Positions 10,035 to 20,624 of a stretch of 32,000 nt of DNA are shown one piece after another; positions within the stretch are counted from its first letter, which is position 1, and each line of letters begins with the position of its first letter. The DNA is taken from NCBI RefSeq assembly GCF_016592615.1, contig NZ_AP013043.1:1260001-1292000 (forward strand), written 5' to 3'. The notes below the pieces were generated by a model. The model was not told the DNA's origin, ran no database searches, and was given only the letters and a program-made list of their open reading frames with translations. The DNA comes from Isorropodon fossajaponicum endosymbiont JTNG4 (GTDB taxonomy: Bacteria; Pseudomonadota; Gammaproteobacteria; PS1; Pseudothioglobaceae). The translations under genes were made by a program, and so were the position numbers.

Positions 10035-10649
10035 TTATTTCCTGATTACTCTTGGTACGTTAATATTGGGCTCAATACTCACTTTTTCATAAACCACTCG
10101 ACCTAAGTCTTCGTCATAACGCATTTCAACTTCGCCAATCATTGGGAAGTCTTTACGTAATGGATGGCCTTTAAAACCATAATCAGTCAAAATCCGGCGT
10201 AAGTCCGTATGATTTTCAAACAAAATACCCATTAAATCAAAGGCCTCGCGTTCATACCAATCAGCAGATGCCCAGATATCAGTAACTGACTTAATCATAG
10301 GCTCGGCCTCATCAACAAATGATTTCACTCTAATGCGTTTGTTTTTACTAACAGATAGTAAATGATATACCACAGCAAAACGTTGCTCATGTCTATCTTC
10401 CGAGCCTTGATGATTGCGCCCTCTGGAAAAGCCAGAAGCGCTGGCATTGCCATTCCAGTCTGATTGTCCATAAGTTAAATAATCAACACCACATAAATCT
10501 ATTAACGTGTCAAAGGAGAAAAAATCTCTTAATTTTAAACAGGTTTTAATAATATCCTGAGAATCAACTGTTAAAGTCAGCTCGCCGAAAGCTTCAAGCA
10601 AGTGGTGCTCACCGAAAACCTCAATTAATGATGCTTTTAAATCTTGCAT
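10035..10649 (-). CDS. nuoC: NADH-quinone oxidoreductase subunit C (separate from nuoD)
   Basis: [39 protein letters not shown], the 30-kDa subunit signature. Confidence 0.93.
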   Translation of the reverse strand: MQDLKASLIEVFGEHHLLEAFGELTLTVDSQDIIKTCLKLRDFFSFDTLIDLCGVDYLTYGQSDWNGNASASGFSRGRNHQGSEDRHEQRFAVVYHLLSVSKNKRIRVKSFVDEAEPMIKSVTDIWASADWYEREAFDLMGILFENHTDLRRILTDYGFKGHPLRKDFPMIGEVEMRYDEDLGRVVYEKVSIEPNINVPRVIRK

Positions 10650-11128
10650 TAGGTTCTTGCAATGGTGTTAGTACGACGGATTTTATCTTGCAGTTGCATG
10701 ATGCCGTATAGCAATGCTTCTGCCGTTGGTGGGCAGCCCGGGACATAAATATCAACGGGAACAATACGATCACAGCCCCTAACAACTGCATAAGAGTAAT
10801 GGTAATAACCGCCGCCATTCGCACACGAGCCCATAGAAATTACCCATCTTGGCTCAGGCATTTGGTCATAAACTTTGCGTAAAGCTGGTGCCATTTTATT
10901 GGTGAGTGTACCCGCTACAATCATCAAATCTGATTGACGTGGCGTGGGTCTAAAAACAATACCAAAGCGGTCTAAATCATAGCGAGAAGAGCCTGCTTCC
11001 ATCATCTCCACCGCACAGCATGCCAAGCCAAAAGTCATAGGCCAAAGTGAGCCTGTTCTTGCCCAGTTAATGATACTGTCAAGTGATGTGGTTACAAAAC
11101 CTTGTTTCATTAAGCCTTCAATTGCCAT
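10649..11128 (-). CDS. nuoB: NADH-quinone oxidoreductase subunit B
   Basis: [24 protein letters not shown] and VPGCPP motifs. Confidence 0.97.
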   Translation of the reverse strand: MAIEGLMKQGFVTTSLDSIINWARTGSLWPMTFGLACCAVEMMEAGSSRYDLDRFGIVFRPTPRQSDLMIVAGTLTNKMAPALRKVYDQMPEPRWVISMGSCANGGGYYHYSYAVVRGCDRIVPVDIYVPGCPPTAEALLYGIMQLQDKIRRTNTIART

Positions 11129-11131
11129 TAG

Positions 11132-11488
11132 CTATTCCCATTCAAGTGCGCCGTTTTTCCACTCAAAAACAAAACCAACCACCAATAAAAATAAGAAAAT
11201 ACTAATCGCAATAAAGCCAAACCAACCAAGTTGAGACTGAACTACCGCCCACGGAAAAACAAAAGCAACTTCTAAGTCAAACAAGATAAATAAAATAGCC
11301 ACTAGATAATAACGCACATTGAAATACATACGCGAATCATCAAAGGCAGGAAAACCACACTCAAATTGAGTATTTTTTTCTGCATATGGTTTACTTGGTC
11401 CTAGTAAATAACCAATTAACATGGGTCCAACACCAAAGGCAAGCCCTAAGAAAATAAAAACAATGATAGGTAGATAGTTTTCTAACAC
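11132..11488 (-). CDS. nuoA: NADH-quinone oxidoreductase subunit A
   Basis: 118-aa, three-TM protein with FECGF motif. First gene of the operon, with AGGAG upstream. Confidence 0.93.
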   Translation of the reverse strand: MLENYLPIIVFIFLGLAFGVGPMLIGYLLGPSKPYAEKNTQFECGFPAFDDSRMYFNVRYYLVAILFILFDLEVAFVFPWAVVQSQLGWFGFIAISIFLFLLVVGFVFEWKNGALEWE

Positions 11489-11586
11489 CTAATTTCTCCT
11501 AACCCAAAAAATAGAATTCTGAACATTATATCTAATTTAATCAATCAATTCACCTATAACCAACAAATACATCTTTAGAGGCTAAA

Positions 11587-13011
11587 TTACGCATTAACCT
11601 CGGTACCGCCTACAGTTAGTTGGTCTATTTTTAGACTGGGTTGACCAACACCTACAGGCACACTTTGGCCATCTTTACCGCACACGCCAACGCCACTATC
11701 AAGTTTTAAATCATTCGCTACCATGGATATTTTTTTTAATACTTCATCACCAGAGCCTATTAAGGTCACGCCTTTAACAGGGTGCATCACTTTTCCATTC
11801 TTAATAAGGTAGGCCTCGTTAGCACTAAAAACAAACTTACCTGAAGTAATATCAACTTGACCACCATCAAAATTAAGCGCATAAATACCATCATCAACAG
11901 AAGCAATCATATCATCTAAAGAATCTTGCCCGTTTAGCATATAAGTGTTGGTCATTCTTGGCATGGGAATATGGGCATAAGACTCGCGTCTGCCATTGCC
12001 TGTTGACACTGTATCCATTAGTTTGGCGTTCATTTTGTCAAATAGATAGCCTTTTAAGATGCCATTTTCAATCAACAAAGTGTTTTGTGTTGGCGTGCCT
12101 TCATCATCAATGGTTAAACTGCCACGCCTATTTTCCAAAGTGCCATTATCAACAATGGTGCATTTATCACTGGCCACTTGCTCACCGATTCTGTTGGTGA
12201 ATACGGATGATTTTTTACGATTAAAGTCACCTTCTAAGCCATGACCAATGGCCTCATGTAATAACACCCCTGGCCAACCAGAACCTAGTATGACTGGCAT
12301 ATTGCCAGCAGGTGCATTTTTTGACTCCAGTGCTACTAACGCCTGTCTAATAGCTTCATTAACATAAATTTCATCTAAAGCATGGTCAACAAAATATCGA
12401 TAATCATACCGACCACCACCACCACTTGAGGCTGATTCAGTTCTACCATTGTGTTCAACAATGATACTCACACTAACACGCACCATCGGGCGATAATCTT
12501 TTGCAAATACGCCATCAGTTGAGGCGATTAATACCTCGCTAAACCCGCCAGAAATCGAGGCACTGACTTGCTTAACTTTAGGCTCCTTTCTGGCAAACAT
12601 ATCAATTCTATTTAAAAAATCAACCTTTTCTTGCGAAGAAAAACTACTGAGTGGATTCGAGCCGTTATATCTAGCCACTTGTGGAATAGGCTGAAAAGCT
12701 CGAATTTTTCGTACGCCAGTTTGGGTCGATACTCCCTTGGCAAAACCAATGGCTTTTTCAATCGCCTTGAGGTTTAAATCATCTGAATAAGCAAAGCCAG
12801 TTTGGTCAGAACTGACGGCTCTAGCGCCCACACCATGACTAATATGATAAGTGCCAGACTTAACAATACTTTCTTCTAAAAACCAGGATTCAACCACTGA
12901 GTGTTGAAAATATAAATCTGCATAATCAGTGCCCTTAACTGCCAAAGAAGACAATAAAGTGGTTATTTTTTCTTGATTTAGATGATGATCATCCAGTAGC
13001 TGTTCAATCAT
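11587..13011 (-). CDS. tldD: TldD-family metalloprotease
   Basis: 474 aa with LLHEAIGHGLEGD (HExxxH-type TldD motif) and a GGG-rich loop. Synteny with the upstream yhdP-like gene matches E. coli. Confidence 0.92.
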   Translation of the reverse strand: MIEQLLDDHHLNQEKITTLLSSLAVKGTDYADLYFQHSVVESWFLEESIVKSGTYHISHGVGARAVSSDQTGFAYSDDLNLKAIEKAIGFAKGVSTQTGVRKIRAFQPIPQVARYNGSNPLSSFSSQEKVDFLNRIDMFARKEPKVKQVSASISGGFSEVLIASTDGVFAKDYRPMVRVSVSIIVEHNGRTESASSGGGGRYDYRYFVDHALDEIYVNEAIRQALVALESKNAPAGNMPVILGSGWPGVLLHEAIGHGLEGDFNRKKSSVFTNRIGEQVASDKCTIVDNGTLENRRGSLTIDDEGTPTQNTLLIENGILKGYLFDKMNAKLMDTVSTGNGRRESYAHIPMPRMTNTYMLNGQDSLDDMIASVDDGIYALNFDGGQVDITSGKFVFSANEAYLIKNGKVMHPVKGVTLIGSGDEVLKKISMVANDLKLDSGVGVCGKDGQSVPVGVGQPSLKIDQLTVGGTEVNA

Positions 13012-15476
13012 AATACGGTTGATATATTTTCAATAATAGGCTCATGCCATGGACCTGTTATTTTATATTTAAATTCAACAACTTTATCAACAATATTATT
13101 AATCAACCTACCTTTAAACAGCACCTTATCCGCCAACCAAACCCCCAAGCCTGCCAAGCCACCACCAGCCAAATAAGTGGCAATCGGCACGGCATCGCTA
13201 ATCGCAGGCAATACTTTTGCCTCTAAATGATAGGTTTGTTTAACGATATCACTTGAGCCTGTTAAGTTAATGGTGCTTGAGCTTGAGTCAAGTTCAAAAT
13301 GGCTAATGGTTGCCATAGAATTATGAATAGAAATTTGTGCATCGATCGTATCATAAGCAAACCCTTTGCTAACCAAATCAGTGACATTTAATTCTAAACG
13401 CTTGGCAATGGATTTAATATTAAGCAATGATAAAACCCGACCAATATTAGGGTCCTTATTGGTAAACACACCTTCTTTAACTTTCATTTTAATCAAACCA
13501 CTGGTGTCTTTAAAACTCATATTCCACGGGGCACAATTACAAAATAAGCGTATGTCAAATTCAAATTGACCACCACGAACCTTTTCTTTGATGTTTAATT
13601 TATCAAGAAATTCACTCAATTTACTGCCTTTTGCTTTAGCAGTGAGTATGGTTCTACCATCAACCCAAACACCATCAAAACTAAGGTTTTGACTACCCAC
13701 ACCTATGCCTAAAAATTCTAAATTAATGATTTTAAGCACCTTATCCTGCGACCCAAGCGTGGCCTTAAAATCAGGCAGCTTGCTTTCACCCACTCGGATA
13801 CCCTGTACACTTAAACGCATACTAGGGAAATCCTTTGCCTGAATATTCCAGTTGCCTTTTATTTTGTCTAATGCTGTTACTTGGAGGTTTGTCAGTCTCA
13901 CTTCAGGCAAAGCACCCTCATTTAGTATAATTTTTACATCAGTTTTTAACGCATCGGACTTAACATTTGCTTGCCATGATTGATCCGAATATTTAGCCAA
14001 ATAAAACTCAAAATTATCATTACTGTTGGTAAGCCCTACTTCAAATAATGCATCTGAGCCGCTATCTTGATGATTAGAATTAATGCGAATATTAAATGAT
14101 TCGCCTCGAATATTGCCCACACCCTTTAAGGTAATTTGATTATTATGCAATGCCAATTGTGCATCATAGTTCTTAACCACAATGGCACCATCCAATGTTG
14201 TCAAACGGTTGTCTTGGATGCTCAAATCAATATCCAATACTGGCTCTGCTTCATCCAATGGTATTATTAAATCTAGTTTGCCTGCCACCTTGCCAAATAA
14301 GCTGAATTGCCCAAGCACATCATTTACACTATCATTCAGGGGTGCATCTTTTAAAAATTGAGTTAATATTTCACTTTGGGTGTTAATTTTACCAACGATG
14401 CTAATCTCTAACTTGTCTTTGCTCATGTCCAGCATTTGAACTTTCACACCTTGCAAAGGCATGTCGTTTAACGTAGTATGATTAATCATAACTGTGATTT
14501 TTTTACCATCAATAGCAATATTTGCATCTAATTGCTTAAGACTTTGCCAATCAGTATTAAACCGTAATTCGGTATTGCTTAAGTGTGCATCAAATTTTAT
14601 CTTTGCTAGTAGTTGCGTTGAAAGATTTTTCTTGATATTGATATTGATATTATCCAATTCACCTGATTGAAATGCATGCTTAATCCATTGATGAGTAACC
14701 TCACCTATCAATGCTATAGGTAAATAATCACTAATATTAATCACATTCATACGCTGGATAAGGCCACTAAATTGGATAAAATCATCACCTTGCTGGTTAT
14801 ACAGTTTAAGGCTTGATAACAACTCAAAATCATCGCCACTCAAAGTAATGGGCAGCGTTAAAAAGCCATTTTGATTAGTCTTAGTGCCAGACAGGGCGAT
14901 TGTAATGTCAAGATGTTTAGTGCCAATACTCTGGTTAGGTATTGTTAACAAAAATTGCATCCCATCTCTTTTAAGCGTTAATGGCGCAATTTCAACTGTA
15001 TCTTTAATAATTGTTTTATTAATATACAAAGATTCAAAAAAAGATAGTTCTTTTAACACATCAAGTGAGACCATATTTTTAATATCGTTTATATTAAAGT
15101 CATCAGGATTAGAATAAAGCACCAAAGTGTCAATATAAATTTGGCTAGGATGATAAATATCATCAAACAAACTTAACAGATTAATATACCAAGATAAGTT
15201 TTTAATCATGACCATTTGCTGAGCCTTGCCAGATGCGATGGAAATATCATGCACTTTTAAAGCAATGCCTTTATTTTCAAAATCAAATGTGATTTTAGAC
15301 AGCTGAACATCAAGCCCAGTTAAACTTGATAATTGAGTTTCAATCGGTGCTTTTAGTAACATTGGAAAGGTGACAAAAAATCCCACTACTAATACAATAA
15401 TGAACGCAAAAATAACACTAACCCAAGTGCTTATTTTTAATACTTTAATACCACTTAAGCGTGTTTTTTTAATCAT
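13008..15476 (-). CDS. yhdP: YhdP/AsmA-like inner-membrane-anchored protein (822 aa)
   Basis: Single N-terminal TM helix (VSVIFAFIIVLVVGFFVTF), a long beta-rich body and a conserved C-terminal block (ITGPWHEP). ATGA overlap with tldD reproduces the E. coli yhdP-tldD order. Family assignment rests mostly on synteny and architecture. Confidence 0.68.
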   Translation of the reverse strand: MIKKTRLSGIKVLKISTWVSVIFAFIIVLVVGFFVTFPMLLKAPIETQLSSLTGLDVQLSKITFDFENKGIALKVHDISIASGKAQQMVMIKNLSWYINLLSLFDDIYHPSQIYIDTLVLYSNPDDFNINDIKNMVSLDVLKELSFFESLYINKTIIKDTVEIAPLTLKRDGMQFLLTIPNQSIGTKHLDITIALSGTKTNQNGFLTLPITLSGDDFELLSSLKLYNQQGDDFIQFSGLIQRMNVINISDYLPIALIGEVTHQWIKHAFQSGELDNININIKKNLSTQLLAKIKFDAHLSNTELRFNTDWQSLKQLDANIAIDGKKITVMINHTTLNDMPLQGVKVQMLDMSKDKLEISIVGKINTQSEILTQFLKDAPLNDSVNDVLGQFSLFGKVAGKLDLIIPLDEAEPVLDIDLSIQDNRLTTLDGAIVVKNYDAQLALHNNQITLKGVGNIRGESFNIRINSNHQDSGSDALFEVGLTNSNDNFEFYLAKYSDQSWQANVKSDALKTDVKIILNEGALPEVRLTNLQVTALDKIKGNWNIQAKDFPSMRLSVQGIRVGESKLPDFKATLGSQDKVLKIINLEFLGIGVGSQNLSFDGVWVDGRTILTAKAKGSKLSEFLDKLNIKEKVRGGQFEFDIRLFCNCAPWNMSFKDTSGLIKMKVKEGVFTNKDPNIGRVLSLLNIKSIAKRLELNVTDLVSKGFAYDTIDAQISIHNSMATISHFELDSSSSTINLTGSSDIVKQTYHLEAKVLPAISDAVPIATYLAGGGLAGLGVWLADKVLFKGRLINNIVDKVVEFKYKITGPWHEPIIENISTVL

Positions 15477-15598
15477 TTTTGATACTTGTTACTGGCTTGG
15501 CAGTATAATATATCCCTTCGGGAATTATAACTTATTTTTACGAACGAGTTATCTGTCGATATCGACATAAAGCTATATTAAAAACAAGGAAAAATACT

Positions 15599-16036
15599 AT
15601 GTACTTTAAAAATTCAGTAGCAGCTATTATCGCTATTTTTATTATTATTATTGGCGTTGATGCATTTTTTAGTCATTTAATTAAAGTTAACTCTGTTGAC
15701 ACTTCAACATTTGAAGACAGGATTAGACCACTAGGTCAAGTATATTTAGAAGGTGATATTGATGTTAACGCCATTAAAGCACCCGTAGCAGTTGCTACAA
15801 AATCTCGCAGTGGCGAAGAGGTTTATACCTCTGTATGTGCTAGTTGCCATAGTATTGGCGTTGCTGGCGCGCCTAAGTTTGGTGTTAAGGCTGACTGGGC
15901 GCCAAGAATTAAACGTGGTATTGCAGATTTAGTCAAAGTATCAATCTCAGGCGTAGGCGCAATGCCACCAAAAGGCACCTGTATGACTTGTTCAGATGAT
16001 GAGCTAAAAGCAGCTATTGAACATATGACAAAATAA
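15599..16036 (+). CDS. Membrane-anchored cytochrome c5-type monohaem cytochrome
   Basis: CASCH haem motif, GAMPPKG, and the c5-typical second Cys pair GTCMTCSDDELKAAIEHM. N-terminal TM anchor. AAGGAAAAA upstream of the ATG. Confidence 0.8.
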   Translation: MYFKNSVAAIIAIFIIIIGVDAFFSHLIKVNSVDTSTFEDRIRPLGQVYLEGDIDVNAIKAPVAVATKSRSGEEVYTSVCASCHSIGVAGAPKFGVKADWAPRIKRGIADLVKVSISGVGAMPPKGTCMTCSDDELKAAIEHMTK

Positions 16037-16060
16037 AATTTGCCAATCTCACTCAAAGGG

Positions 16061-16546
16061 CTAGGCGGATGTAAAAATACCCAGCCCTTTGTTTTTCTCT
16101 ACTTTGTCAAAATCAAACACTTGCCCATTCATAGCAATATAAACACCGCACTCTTTGGTTTGCACTGCACTCAAAGCCACACCTAAATTAAACAAGGCAT
16201 CAGAGCTACTGATAGAGCAAGGAATCATAGCACCAAACAAAACAATGGTTTTATTGTTAACTTCTTTACTCAATAGTTTTGCAGTTTTAACCATGGTGTC
16301 AGTACCATGAGTAATTAAAATACGGCTTGAATCGCCTGCCTGACACTTTGTCAAAATCAATGCTCGATCAGCATCGCTCATATCCAAACTATCCTTTAAA
16401 AACAGCACTTCGGATAAGGTATCAACCATTGACCTAGACTGATTAAGCATATCAATAAGATGAGTTTGTTTAAACACTAACTGACCAGTCAGCTCGTTAT
16501 AAACCTTATCAATTGTACCGCCAGTGATTAATAATTTAATTGTCAT
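16061..16546 (-). CDS. Asparaginase N-terminal-domain protein (161 aa)
   Basis: ITGGTIDK and ITHGTDTM motifs of the L-asparaginase/GatD N-domain; no C-terminal domain. Confidence 0.7.
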   Translation of the reverse strand: MTIKLLITGGTIDKVYNELTGQLVFKQTHLIDMLNQSRSMVDTLSEVLFLKDSLDMSDADRALILTKCQAGDSSRILITHGTDTMVKTAKLLSKEVNNKTIVLFGAMIPCSISSSDALFNLGVALSAVQTKECGVYIAMNGQVFDFDKVEKNKGLGIFTSA

Positions 16547-17118
16547 GGTGTAAACAATACCTTATCAAAATATTTAGAATTTAATAAATCATACGGTGTA
16601 ACAAAGTAACCACCATTCTTATCAATATCTAAATCATAACCTAAATCTTTAGCAGTTTTCCAATATAAGTACCAAATATACTGTGAACAACAAAATGCAC
16701 TGCTATTAGTTTTCTCAACTATCTTATATTGCTTGTGTTTAGTGTTGGGTAGATTTTTTTAAAAAGCTGTTTTAAACTTCTCATTAAATTCTTTATATCT
16801 TAGCACCGTAAATTCTTTTTTCTTACTAAGCCAAAGTATCACATCTGTTTCATAATATCCATAACACAACTCTGGATACTCTCCAACTTGGTATTTACTA
16901 ATCATAATTGCAGAATATCCAAACCATGACATTGGTTTTTTCCAGTCTTTGCTGGTAATAATGACACCTCCATTTTTTAACTTTTTACTAACCTTGTAAA
17001 GCTGACCCCTGGTTTCCCAGGTATTAAATTCAAACACATTGGAAGTAGAACAACCGCCAAGAAAGACGGTTACTATCAATAGAATGAGTGTTAATTTAAT
17101 ATCTTTAATCAGTATTTA
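16543..17118 (-). pseudogene. Lipoprotein-like hypothetical gene interrupted by an in-frame TAA (16759-16761)
   Basis: The 106-aa ORF (TTG start in the ORF track) extends upstream to ...IKDIKLTLILLIVTVFLGGCSTS, a lipoprotein signal with no ATG. After the TAA the same frame stays open for 71 more codons (KNLPNTKHKQYKIVEK...YFDKVLFTP). It ends in a TGA that overlaps the ATG of the asparaginase-domain gene. Confidence 0.5.
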
Positions 17119-17157
17119 TTACCACTAAGCATGTTAAGCCACCTTTACATTTATTTT

Positions 17158-17484
17158 TTATAAATGTGCTGTTTCTATTGCCTCTATCATGCCTTTATAT
17201 TTAGCAACATCTGCTTCGCTGTCACCTGATAATTTACTAAATGGAACACCAAGTAAAAACACGCCCCATGCGTCTTCAGTTGCTTTTGAGTTTTGCATTT
17301 CTACAAATTTAGCAAGACTGGCTCTAGCATCTGACATTTGTGTGACCAAAACTGTGCAACTACCATCAATATACCCTTCATGGGACATATAATAAGATGC
17401 GGCAATACTTTCTGGCCTGTTAACTCAACCTGTTGTGAGAATAATTGCTACCAATGCTCCTCCTAATAAGAACCTCTTGTTCAA
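17158..17484 (-). pseudogene. Small lipoprotein-like gene with TGA replacing the lipobox cysteine codon
   Basis: Upstream of the 76-aa ORF, in the same frame: (TTG 17484-17482) NKRFLLGGALVAIILTTG-TGA(17425-17427)-VNRPESIAASYYMSHEGY... GGAG lies upstream. The stop sits exactly where a lipobox L-T-T-G-C cysteine is expected. Confidence 0.55.
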
Positions 17485-17572
17485 TATAAACACAGCTCTC
17501 CTTTTAAATAATCAAAAATATGAATAAATTTTATACTAAATATTTATATTGCTTAAATAATATTTTGTGGTA

Positions 17573-17594
17573 TTTTACTACAATTGTAGTAAAA
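17573..17594. promoter_or_regulatory. Perfect 22-bp palindrome TTTTACTACAATTGTAGTAAAA; candidate autoregulatory operator of the downstream TA operon
   Basis: I verified self-complementarity base by base. It lies 34 nt upstream of the antitoxin ATG and just upstream of its GGGGAG ribosome-binding site. Confidence 0.5.
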
Positions 17595-17627
17595 TTGATT
17601 TTATTAACTAAATGCTAGGGGAGAACA

Positions 17628-17837
17628 ATGAGTATATCAATCAGAGTCAATGAAAATTTATACAATCAAGCCAAAATTCAGGCCAAAGCAGAATTAAGAA
17701 CAGTGCCCAACCAAATTGAATATTGGGCAAGAGTTGGACATGCTGCAATGGACAATCCTGACATGCCAATTGACATGGTTGAAAAATTATTAATTGCAAA
17801 ACGTGAAGCCAATCAGCCTTTTGAATTTATTGGCTGA
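17628..17837 (+). CDS. ParD-like type II antitoxin (69 aa)
   Basis: IRVNENLYNQAKIQAKAELRTVPNQIEYWARVGHAAMDNP resembles the ParD-like antitoxin pattern (RS...Qie.Wa.lG). Its stop shares one base with the toxin ATG (TGATG). Confidence 0.68.
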   Translation: MSISIRVNENLYNQAKIQAKAELRTVPNQIEYWARVGHAAMDNPDMPIDMVEKLLIAKREANQPFEFIG

Positions 17838-18103
17838 TGAATATTGAACAAAAATCTTCTTTTAAAAAGGTTTACAAAAAATTACATAAAAACCAGCGAG
17901 AAAAGGTTAATGAAGCAATTCACACCATTATTAAAAACCCGCTTTTAGGTCAAGAAAAACAAGACGATTTGTCAGGCGTATTTGTTTATAAATTTGATTG
18001 TATCAATCAACAATATTTACTAGCCTATCAATGGAGCAAAGATTATCGTTTATTACTACTTATTGGCGTGCATGGAAATTTTTATAAGAAGTTAAAGCAT
18101 TAA
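17837..18103 (+). CDS. RelE/ParE-superfamily type II toxin (88 aa)
   Basis: SFKKVYKKLHKNQREKVNEAIHTIIKNPLLGQEK...LSGVFVYKF...YLLAYQW....LLLLIGVHGNFYKKL fits the RelE/ParE/YafQ pattern. Coupled to the upstream antitoxin. Confidence 0.75.
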   Translation: MNIEQKSSFKKVYKKLHKNQREKVNEAIHTIIKNPLLGQEKQDDLSGVFVYKFDCINQQYLLAYQWSKDYRLLLLIGVHGNFYKKLKH

Positions 18104-18170
18104 ATTTTTGATTCTGATTTTTTTGAAAATTGTCCATAAAGCACTGCTTTGATAATGAAAATAATCATAT

Positions 18171-18764
18171 TTAAATTCTCTTGCCAAAAATATCTGTGCC
18201 AACACGCACAAAAGTAGCGCCATGAGTAATGGCTGATTCTAAATCATGACTCATGCCCATTGATAAAACATCTAAGTTGGAATATTGCTTAATAATGTTT
18301 GCCATTCTTGCGAAACTTTGTGCTGAATTAGAAGAGTTTGGTATACACATAAAACCCCTTAAAGTAAGATTTTTTAGACTTTCAAATTGAGTAACTAGTT
18401 CATCAATTTGTTCAACCAATACACCTGATTTAGTAGCTTCATTATCAATATTAGTCTGCAAAAGTACCTTCAGTTTGGGTAAGTTTTTTGAACGCTGGTG
18501 CTGGTCATTGAGTCTTTGGGCAATTTTTAAGGTTTATTTGACTGAATAGGGCCATAAAATGCCAAATTAAGTTTTGACTCTTTAAGTGGTTAATTTTTAT
18601 GAGTGCTTCTTGCAGATAATTTTCAGCAAAATGTTGCTGACCTACATCAACCACTTGTTGTAATTCATCTATCGATCTAGTTTTACTCACTGCAACCAAA
18701 GTAACAGACTGAGTGTGATTAACGTTGTTAATTCTTATCTGGACTTTTTCTAAGTTATCTTTAA

Positions 18765-18768
<4 letters not shown>
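18171..18768 (-). pseudogene. yggS: yggS (PLP-homeostasis protein, alanine-racemase-fold) pseudogene
   Basis: Split into 87-aa and 96-aa ORFs. N-part: VTLVAVSKTRSIDELQQVVDVGQQHFAENYLQEA...IWHF. HFIGPIQSNK is readable only after a 1-nt shift at about 18552-18563, and TLKIAQRLNDQHQRSKNLPKLKVLLQTNID only after another shift at about 18531-18538. The usual ~18-residue block containing the HSVDR motif appears to be missing. C-part: LRGFMCIP...LSMGMSHDLESAITHGATFVRVGTDIFG. Confidence 0.85.
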
Positions 18769-20502
<1,734 letters not shown>

Positions 20503-20546
20503 TTATTAAAGCACTATTTTACTTAATGCTTATACAATTAATTTGA

Positions 20547-20624
20547 TTATTTGTTTGACAACCAAAACCACCAAATAATGCCAAAAATTAATACCAGTCC
20601 TGTTATATTCACAAATATTATCAT
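20547..20624 (-). CDS. Candidate 25-aa single-TM micro-ORF, translationally coupled to copA
   Basis: Below the ORF-track size cutoff. I translated it codon by codon as [28 protein letters not shown]. Its ATG (20624-20622) overlaps the copA TGA (20623-20621) as ATGA. Confidence 0.3.
   Translation of the reverse strand: MIIFVNITGLVLIFGIIWWFWLSNK

Noticed and set aside
10621-10824. 67-aa minus-strand ORF.
   Set aside because: Out-of-frame across nuoB.
11958-15570. Plus-strand ORFs inside tldD and the yhdP-like gene: 11958-12200, 12059-12244, 13044-13226, 13366-13569, 14884-15117 and 15370-15570.
   Set aside because: Antisense shadow ORFs in an AT-rich genome; no motifs or ribosome-binding sites.
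15823-16056. 77-aa minus-strand ORF.
   Set aside because: Antisense to the cytochrome c5 gene.
16054-16091. Possible bidirectional terminator hairpin (CAAAGGGCTAGG...CCAGCCCTTTG) between cytochrome c5 and the asparaginase-domain gene.
   Set aside because: The stem is imperfect (one bulge) and the loop is long. One arm lies inside the asparaginase-domain coding sequence. It is plausible but too weak to list as a feature.
17425-17427. TGA as selenocysteine, or a stop-codon reassignment or programmed read-through, to explain the many in-frame stops.
   Set aside because: All three stop codons terminate well-conserved core genes at expected positions in this window. I see no SECIS-like hairpin after the TGA. 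The lesions co-occur with frameshifts and deletions in the same genes, which favours pseudogenisation.
20547-20624. Calling the copA-coupled micro-ORF ccoS.
   Set aside because: Only a vague resemblance (hydrophobic helix followed by FW...). The conserved GQxDDL segment of CcoS is absent in all frames downstream, so I left it unnamed.
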